Of a stretch of DNA of 33,270 nt, positions 27,504-33,270 are shown in pieces. Both the position numbers and the translations under genes were made by a program. Source of the DNA: Betaproteobacteria bacterium (GTDB lineage Bacteria > Pseudomonadota > Gammaproteobacteria > Burkholderiales > SG8-39); the NCBI GenBank assembly GCA_031409355.1, contig JANNXB010000205.1, positions 1-33,270 of the forward strand, given 5' to 3'. The stretch's first letter is position 1, and every line of letters begins with the position of its first letter. A model generated the notes under the pieces. It ran no database searches and had not been told where the DNA came from. It saw nothing but the letters and a program-made list of their open reading frames with translations.

Positions 27504-28428
27504 TTTTCGCCAGCGCCGAGATCCACTCCGGTGCTTCGTTCAGGCAGGGCAGGGCGTGGAATTCCGTGCCGCCCGCGCCGAGGAAGGCGTGCTTCGCCTC
27601 GAGGGCGATTTCTTCCAGGGTTTCGAGGCAATCCGAAACGAAGCCGGGGCAGACCACGTCCGCGCGCCGGATCCCCTGCTTCGCCAGGCCGACGAGCGTG
27701 GGCTCGGTGTACGGCTGCAGCCATTCGGCCGCGCCGAAGCGCGACTGGAAGGTCACGAGGTAGCCATTGGCCGGGATGCGCAACGCGCCGGCAAGCAGCT
27801 TGGCCGTCACCAGGCATTGCGACTGGTAGGGATCGCCGAGGTCCACCGCGCGCTTGGGCAGGCCGTGAAAGCTCATGACGAACTTGCCGCCCTTGCCGTT
27901 CGCGGCCCAGTGGCGCTCCACGCCGGACGCCAGCGCAGCGATGTAGGCCGGATGGTCGTGAAAGCTTTCGACCATGGACACCTTCGGGCCGACGCTTGTT
28001 CCGAGCACGTCGCGGATGCTTTCGGTCGTGCTGCGCGAAAATTGCGGATACAAGGGAACGACCACGATCTTCCCGCAGCCCGCGAGCTTTTTCAGGCCCT
28101 CCGCGACGGACGGCCCGCCGTAGCGCATTGCGTACTCCACGGCGATGTTGTCCCGCGAAAGGGCGTTCCGCAGCAAGTCTGTCTGCCGGCGTGTATGCAC
28201 CGCGAGGGGCGAGCCTTCCGGCGTCCAGATGGCGGCATACTTCCTCGCGCTCTTCGCAGGGCGGGTACGCAGGACGATGCCGTGCAGGATCGGCAGCCAG
28301 ATGAACCGCGGCAGCTGCACGACACGCGGATCCGACAGGAACTCCGCCAGATAGCGGCGCACCGCAGCGGGTGTCGGCGCGGCGGGAGTTCCGAGATTGA
28401 CTAGAAGTACGCCGTTCAGGGGAGGCAA
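27472..28428 (-). CDS. hemH: ferrochelatase
   Basis: LLVNLGTP, FLSDPRVV, AMRYG, PLYPQFS, SFHGLP, FQSRFG, GFVSDCLETLEEI. 3' end overlaps the GT2 gene by 32 nt. Confidence 0.95.
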   Translation of the reverse strand: MPPLNGVLLVNLGTPAAPTPAAVRRYLAEFLSDPRVVQLPRFIWLPILHGIVLRTRPAKSARKYAAIWTPEGSPLAVHTRRQTDLLRNALSRDNIAVEYAMRYGGPSVAEGLKKLAGCGKIVVVPLYPQFSRSTTESIRDVLGTSVGPKVSMVESFHDHPAYIAALASGVERHWAANGKGGKFVMSFHGLPKRAVDLGDPYQSQCLVTAKLLAGALRIPANGYLVTFQSRFGAAEWLQPYTEPTLVGLAKQGIRRADVVCPGFVSDCLETLEEIALEAKHAFLGAGGTEFHALPCLNEAPEWISALAKITAESIPSSP

Positions 28429-28436
28429 GGCCAGCC

Positions 28437-29456
28437 CTAGGGCTGTGAAAGGGCGCTGGAAAGGAGTTTTGCCGTGACGTCGACGATCGGCACGACGCGA
28501 TCGTAGGCCATGCGCGTCGGCCCGATGACGCCGACAGTGCCCACCACTTCGCCGCCCACCTTGTAGGGCGCGGTCACCACGCTGACCTCGTCGGGCGCCG
28601 TCACGCCGGACTCACCGCCGATGAAGATCTGCACGCCCTCGCCGCGCAGCGACAGGTCGAGGATCTGCACCAGGGATGTTTTGTACTCGAACAGCTCGAA
28701 CAGCTGCCGCATGCGGCTCATGTCCTGCGACAGGTCGCGCACCGCGAGCAGGTTGCGCTCACCCGAGATCACGTACTGCTCGCTGCCTTCGGCTACCGCC
28801 TTGCTGCTCGCTTCCAGCGCGGCGTTCATGAGTCCCATCATGTCTTGCCGGATCGCGCTGAGTTCGTCGTGCACGCGCTGGCGGATGTCCTCGAAGCTGT
28901 GGCCGGAATAGTTCTGGTTGATGTAGTTCGCCGCCGACACCAGCTCCGCGGGGCTGTATTCGCGGTCCGTGAACAGGATGCGGTTCTGCACGTCGCCGCC
29001 TGGCGTCACCACGATCAGCAGCACGCGCTTCTCCGACAGCCGCAGGAACTCGATCTGGCGGAACGTGAGCGCGCGGCGGCGCGGCGTCATCACGACGCCC
29101 GCGAAATTGCTAAGCTGCGACAGCAGCTGCGAAGCCGCCTGGATCACGCGCTGCGGGTTGTCCGGGTGGAGCTGGTCCTCGAGCTGGTGCAGCTCGCCCG
29201 AGCCGAGCTGCTTCACCACCAGGAGGGAGTCGACGAAGAAGCGGTAGCCGAGCGGCGTCGGCACGCGGCCGGCCGAGGTATGCGGGCTTGCGATCAGGCC
29301 CATCTCTTCCAGGTCGGACATCACGTTGCGTATCGTCGCCGGCGACAGGTCGAGCCCGGCGTGCCGCGACAGGGTGCGCGAGCCGATCGGCTGGCCCTCG
29401 GCGATGTAGCGCTCGATGAGGGTCTTCAGCAGGATCTGGGCGCGTTTGTCCAGCAT
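28437..29456 (-). CDS. hrcA: heat-inducible transcription repressor HrcA
   Basis: [40 protein letters not shown]. Confidence 0.97.
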   Translation of the reverse strand: MLDKRAQILLKTLIERYIAEGQPIGSRTLSRHAGLDLSPATIRNVMSDLEEMGLIASPHTSAGRVPTPLGYRFFVDSLLVVKQLGSGELHQLEDQLHPDNPQRVIQAASQLLSQLSNFAGVVMTPRRRALTFRQIEFLRLSEKRVLLIVVTPGGDVQNRILFTDREYSPAELVSAANYINQNYSGHSFEDIRQRVHDELSAIRQDMMGLMNAALEASSKAVAEGSEQYVISGERNLLAVRDLSQDMSRMRQLFELFEYKTSLVQILDLSLRGEGVQIFIGGESGVTAPDEVSVVTAPYKVGGEVVGTVGVIGPTRMAYDRVVPIVDVTAKLLSSALSQP

Positions 29457-29459
29457 GGG

Positions 29460-29481
29460 CGGATTCTACAGTTAGAATCCG
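29460..29481. promoter_or_regulatory. perfect inverted repeat containing back-to-back TAGAAT -10 elements for hrcA and nadK
   Basis: CGGATTCTA-CAGT-TAGAATCCG. Each TAGAAT is followed by exactly 6 nt and then the ATG of its gene. Confidence 0.7.
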
Positions 29482-29484
29482 GCG

Positions 29485-30417
29485 ATGAAGCCCGACGACA
29501 GGACGCGACCCGCCAAAGAGCTGCGGCCCGCGTTTAAACGCGTTGCGCTGGTCGGCAAGCAGACGCCCGAAATCGCCCAGTCGCTGCGCGCGCTGCGCGA
29601 TTTCCTGCGCCAGCGCGGCTGTGAAGTGATGCTGGAACGCGACACGGCTGCCGGCGTCGGCGAGAACGGCGCCGCAGGCGTCAACGCGGCCAGCTTCGAC
29701 GAAATCGGCCGCAGCGCCGACCTGGCGATCGTGGTCGGTGGCGATGGCACCATGCTCGCCGCGGCGCGCAACCTCGCGCACCACAAGGTGCCGCTCGCCG
29801 GCATCAACCAGGGGCGCCTCGGATTCATGACCGACATCGCGCTCTCGGAGATGAGCGAGTCGGTAGGCGCGATCCTCGAGGGCCGCCACACGGTCGAGGA
29901 GCGCGCGTTGATCGAAGCCGAGATCCTGCGCGGCGGCCGGACCCTCATGCGCACGGTGGCGCTGAACGAAGCGGTGGTGACCAAGGGCTCGCAGGCGCGC
30001 TTGATCGAATTCAAACTGACCATCGACGGCGAGTACGTCTACCGCCTGCGCGCCGACGGCGTGATCGTCGCCACGCCGACCGGTTCCACGGCCTATGCGC
30101 TTTCGGCGCAGGGCCCGATCCTCCAGCCGACCGTGCGCGCTTTCGCGCTCGTGCCGCTGAATCCGCACGTGCTGTCGGCGCGCCCGGTGAGCGTGAGCGA
30201 TGCGAGCGTGATTGAGATCACCCTCATCCATGCGCTCGACGCGCGCGCCCATTTCGACGGCTTCGCGCTCACCGACCTGCAGGAGGGCGATCGGCTGATC
30301 CTGAAGCGCTCGGCCGATTCGATCCGCTTCGTGCATCCGCCCGGCTACAGCTACTTCACGATGCTGCGCGAGAAGCTGCGCTGGAGCAAAGCGGTGGGCA
30401 CCGGGACCGGGGACTGA
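29485..30417 (+). CDS. nadK: NAD kinase
   Basis: GGDGTML, GINQGRLGF, ALNE, ADGVIVATPTGSTAYALSAQGPI. Upstream of recN. Confidence 0.95.
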   Translation: MKPDDRTRPAKELRPAFKRVALVGKQTPEIAQSLRALRDFLRQRGCEVMLERDTAAGVGENGAAGVNAASFDEIGRSADLAIVVGGDGTMLAAARNLAHHKVPLAGINQGRLGFMTDIALSEMSESVGAILEGRHTVEERALIEAEILRGGRTLMRTVALNEAVVTKGSQARLIEFKLTIDGEYVYRLRADGVIVATPTGSTAYALSAQGPILQPTVRAFALVPLNPHVLSARPVSVSDASVIEITLIHALDARAHFDGFALTDLQEGDRLILKRSADSIRFVHPPGYSYFTMLREKLRWSKAVGTGTGD

Positions 30418-32072
30418 TGCTTCGCGCGCTGGGCATCCGGGATTTCGTGATCGCCGAGCGGGTCGAGCTCGAGACCGGCGCCGGCTTCACGGTTCTCACC
30501 GGCGAGACGGGCGCGGGGAAGTCGATGCTCGTGGATGCGCTCGAGCTGCTGGTTGGCGGGCGCGCCGATGCCTCAGTGGTTCGCGAGGGCGCGGAGAAGG
30601 CCGAGCTGTCGGCGGAGTTCGACCTTGTCGGCAAGTCCCTGCTTGAAGGGTACCTGTCCGAAAACGGGCTTGAAGGCGATCCCGACACGCTTATCCTGCG
30701 GCGCGCCATCGACCGCTCGGGGCGCTCGCGCTGCTTCGTCAACGGCCACTCGGCGACGCTCGCGCAGCTGAAGGCGGCGGGCGAGCATCTCGTGGACATC
30801 CACGGCCAGCACGAACACCAGTCGCTGCTGCGTGCCAGCGCGCAGCGCGAACTGCTCGACGCGCAGGCGGGCGCCGAGGCGCTGGCGCGCGACTGCGCGG
30901 ACGCCTGGCGCGGCTGGAAGCGGCTCGAGGCGCTCGCCGCCGAGGCCGAGGAGCAGTTCGTGAAGCGCGAGGCCGAGCGCGAGGACCTGCAGGAAAAGGT
31001 CGCCGAACTGAAGAAGCTCGGGCTAAAGCTCGACGAATGGGACGGCCTCGCGGCGCAGCACCAACGGCTCGCGCACGGCTCTAGCCTGCTCGCCGGCGCA
31101 CAGTCCTCGCTGGAAGCCCTGTCTGAAGCCGATGGCGCCTGCCTGCCGCAGCTTTCCGCGGTGGCGAGCCGGCTGCGCTCGCTGTCGGAGCACGACGTGC
31201 ACCTGAAGGCAATCGTCGAGATGCTCGAATCTGCGCAAGCGCAGGCAGGAGAGGCGGCGCGGGACCTGCGCGACTACGCCTCGCGCGTGGATCTCGATCC
31301 GGAGGCGCTGCGGGAGGTGGAGCTGCGCATCGAGGCGCTGCACGCTGCGGGCCGCAAGTACCGCGTCAAGCCGGCCGGGCTGCCGGAGCTGGAGAAGGAC
31401 CTCGCGCAGCGCTTCAAGGAACTGGAACTCGCGGCCAGCCCCGAGGCGCTGAAGCGCGAAGTGGCGGCCGCAAAGGGGCGCTACGACACGGCCGCGAAGA
31501 AGTTGTCCGTCAGGCGCAAGGCGGGTGCGCTGGCGCTGGGCAAGGACGTCACGCAGGCGATGCAAAGCCTTTCCATGAGCGGCGGGCGTTTTTCCGTGGC
31601 CCTCAAGCCGTTGGCGCAGCCCGGCGGAACGGGCGCCGAAGACATCGAGTTCGAAGTCACCTCGCATCCGAGCCTGCCGCTGCGGCCGCTCGCGAAAGTT
31701 GCATCCGGCGGCGAGCTCTCGCGCATCAGCCTGGCGATCCAGCTGGTGGCGGCGAAGGAATCGCCGGTCGGCACACTCGTGTTCGACGAAGTGGATTCGG
31801 GCATCGGCGGCGCGGTCGCCGAGATCGTGGGCCGCTCGCTGAAGAAGCTCGGCAGGCAGCGCCAGGTTTTCTGCGTGACGCACCTAGCGCAGGTCGCGGC
31901 GCAGGCGGACGAACAGTGGTCGGTATCGAAGACCGGGGGGCGCGGCAGGATCGGTTCCGCTGTCTCGAAGCTCGATCGCGCCGGCCGGATCGAAGAGCTC
32001 GCGCGGATGCTGGGAGGTACGGAAATTACGGCGACAACCCGCAAGCACGCCGCGGAACTACTAGGAAAATAG
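30417..32072 (+). CDS. recN: DNA repair protein RecN
   Basis: TGETGAGKS Walker A, DIHGQHEH, ASGGELSRI, VFDEVDSGIGG, CVTHLAQVA. Confidence 0.97.
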   Translation: MLRALGIRDFVIAERVELETGAGFTVLTGETGAGKSMLVDALELLVGGRADASVVREGAEKAELSAEFDLVGKSLLEGYLSENGLEGDPDTLILRRAIDRSGRSRCFVNGHSATLAQLKAAGEHLVDIHGQHEHQSLLRASAQRELLDAQAGAEALARDCADAWRGWKRLEALAAEAEEQFVKREAEREDLQEKVAELKKLGLKLDEWDGLAAQHQRLAHGSSLLAGAQSSLEALSEADGACLPQLSAVASRLRSLSEHDVHLKAIVEMLESAQAQAGEAARDLRDYASRVDLDPEALREVELRIEALHAAGRKYRVKPAGLPELEKDLAQRFKELELAASPEALKREVAAAKGRYDTAAKKLSVRRKAGALALGKDVTQAMQSLSMSGGRFSVALKPLAQPGGTGAEDIEFEVTSHPSLPLRPLAKVASGGELSRISLAIQLVAAKESPVGTLVFDEVDSGIGGAVAEIVGRSLKKLGRQRQVFCVTHLAQVAAQADEQWSVSKTGGRGRIGSAVSKLDRAGRIEELARMLGGTEITATTRKHAAELLGK

Positions 32073-32081
32073 CCTTACCAG

Positions 32082-32510
32082 TCAAGCAGCGCGGTGCGGG
32101 CAGTTCTGTTTGGTGCAGTCGGCATACAGCGCGAGCGAATGGCCGCGCAACTCAAACCCGTTCTTGCGCGCGATCTCGCTCTGGCGCTTCTCGATCTCGC
32201 CGTCGTAGAACTCCTCCACGCGGCCGCATTGCAGGCAGACGAGGTGGTCGTGGTGCCCGCCCTGGTTCAGTTCGAATACCGCCTTGCCGGTCTCGAAATG
32301 CTGCCGCGCCAGCAGGCCGGCCTGCTCGAATTGCGTGAGAACCCGGTAGACGGTTGCGAGTCCAACGTCCATGCCTTCGGCAATCAGGGCCTTGTACACG
32401 TCCTCGGCGGAAAGATGGCGCACCTTGCTCGCCTCGAACAGCTCGAGGATCCTGCGCCGGGGCAGGGTGGCCTTGAGGCCGATCTCCTTCAAGCTCTGGG
32501 CGGTGCTCAT
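32082..32510 (-). CDS. fur: ferric uptake regulator
   Basis: [36 protein letters not shown]. Divergent from bamE. Confidence 0.97.
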   Translation of the reverse strand: MSTAQSLKEIGLKATLPRRRILELFEASKVRHLSAEDVYKALIAEGMDVGLATVYRVLTQFEQAGLLARQHFETGKAVFELNQGGHHDHLVCLQCGRVEEFYDGEIEKRQSEIARKNGFELRGHSLALYADCTKQNCPHRAA

Positions 32511-32529
32511 CCGTTATCATTATAGGCTC
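32511..32529 (-). promoter_or_regulatory. fur -10 element overlapping a partial Fur box
   Basis: Minus strand reads TATAATGATAACGG-ATG, a consensus TATAAT plus GATAAT-like hexamer repeats. Confidence 0.55.
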
Positions 32530-33123
32530 ATGAAAATGCATCTCTACCCGCATCTCTCCCGCACGTCTGGCGCAGCCCTCGCGCTGCTGGCCGCCGTGCT
32601 GCTGCCGGCCTGCAAGTCCGTCGAAATACCCAAGGTGCCGGGGATCACGCCCTACCGGATGGTGATCCAGCAGGGCAATTTCATCTCGCAGGAAATGGTT
32701 GCGCAGCTAAAGCCCGGCATGACCAAGGAGCAGGTCAGGTTCATCCTCGGCACGCCGCTGGTGACTGACATCTTCCACGCCGACCGCTGGGACTACGTCT
32801 TCTACCGGGAGATGGCGAACGGCAAGCGCGAGCAGCGCAACCTGTCGGTGGTTTTCGAAAAGGACAAGCTGGCGCGGGTGCTTGGCGACCTGATGCCCTC
32901 CGACGGCGCGGTCCAGGCCGGCGGATTCGATCCGCAGGTGAAGCCGGAGGCCAAGGCCAAGCCGGCGGCAAAACCGGCGCCCAAGCCCGAGGACAAGCCC
33001 GTCGCCGAGGCCGCCAAGCCGGAGGAGCCGGCTGCGCCGGCCGCCAAGCCGGAAGAGGAAAAAACCGCGGAAGACAAGAAGCCGGGTTTCTTTGGCCGGC
33101 TGCGGGAGAAGATCGGCCTGTGA
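32530..33123 (+). CDS. bamE: outer membrane protein assembly factor BamE (SmpA/OmlA lipoprotein)
   Basis: Lipobox-like LLPAC, IQQGN, LKPGMTKEQVRFILGTP, RWDYVF. fur-bamE-dapB synteny. Start is ATG 32530 or 32536. Confidence 0.93.
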   Translation: MKMHLYPHLSRTSGAALALLAAVLLPACKSVEIPKVPGITPYRMVIQQGNFISQEMVAQLKPGMTKEQVRFILGTPLVTDIFHADRWDYVFYREMANGKREQRNLSVVFEKDKLARVLGDLMPSDGAVQAGGFDPQVKPEAKAKPAAKPAPKPEDKPVAEAAKPEEPAAPAAKPEEEKTAEDKKPGFFGRLREKIGL

Positions 33124-33270
33124 AGCCCGCTCCCATCAGGGTGGTCGTCGCGGGTGCCGGCGGCAAGATGGGCCAGACGCTCATCGAAGGCGTGCGCGCC
33201 GACAAATCGATGGTGCTTGCCGCCGCGTTCGACGTGAAGGGCAGCCCGGCGGTAGGCACGTCCGTCGGCG
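33120..33270 (+). CDS. dapB: 4-hydroxy-tetrahydrodipicolinate reductase (3'-truncated by window edge)
   Basis: GTG at 33120 overlaps the bamE stop. MKPAPIRVVVAGAGGKMGQTLIEGV..LAAAFD Rossmann start. Synteny. Confidence 0.85.
   Translation, partial: MKPAPIRVVVAGAGGKMGQTLIEGVRADKSMVLAAAFDVKGSPAVGTSVG

Overview
GC-rich betaproteobacterial-type chromosomal core region. Plus strand: leuC (5'-truncated)-leuD-leuB-asd, fimV, truA-trpF-trpB-trpA-accD-folC-dedD-cvpA-purF, then a SAM-II riboswitch with a terminator/antiterminator platform ahead of metZ. A minus-strand block (TPR protein, L,D-transpeptidase-like protein, cyclophilin, lpxH) is divergent from cysS. Next come a small receiver-like ORF, dnaJ-dnaK-grpE with two sigma-32 promoters, an oppositely oriented GT2 glycosyltransferase, hemH-hrcA, nadK-recN, fur, bamE and the start of dapB. 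The standout observation is an integrase-free ~760 bp cassette carrying a Phd/YefM-VapC toxin-antitoxin pair, sitting inside the 3' end of lpxH. The last 12 codons plus stop of lpxH occur twice (16404-16444 and 17165-17205) with identical protein sequence but 9 synonymous nucleotide differences, and a short AT-flanked GGGTCAGAGTCAATT motif sits exactly at the junction. Several other housekeeping genes carry 3' tails or internal patches with atypical codon usage (metZ, cysS, recN, trpA, folC, lpxH), possibly scars of related events. Other notable points are symmetric bidirectional promoters with apparently leaderless mRNAs and a His-to-Ala change in the CysRS PGWHIEC motif. No tRNA, rRNA, CRISPR array or transposase/integrase gene was recognised.
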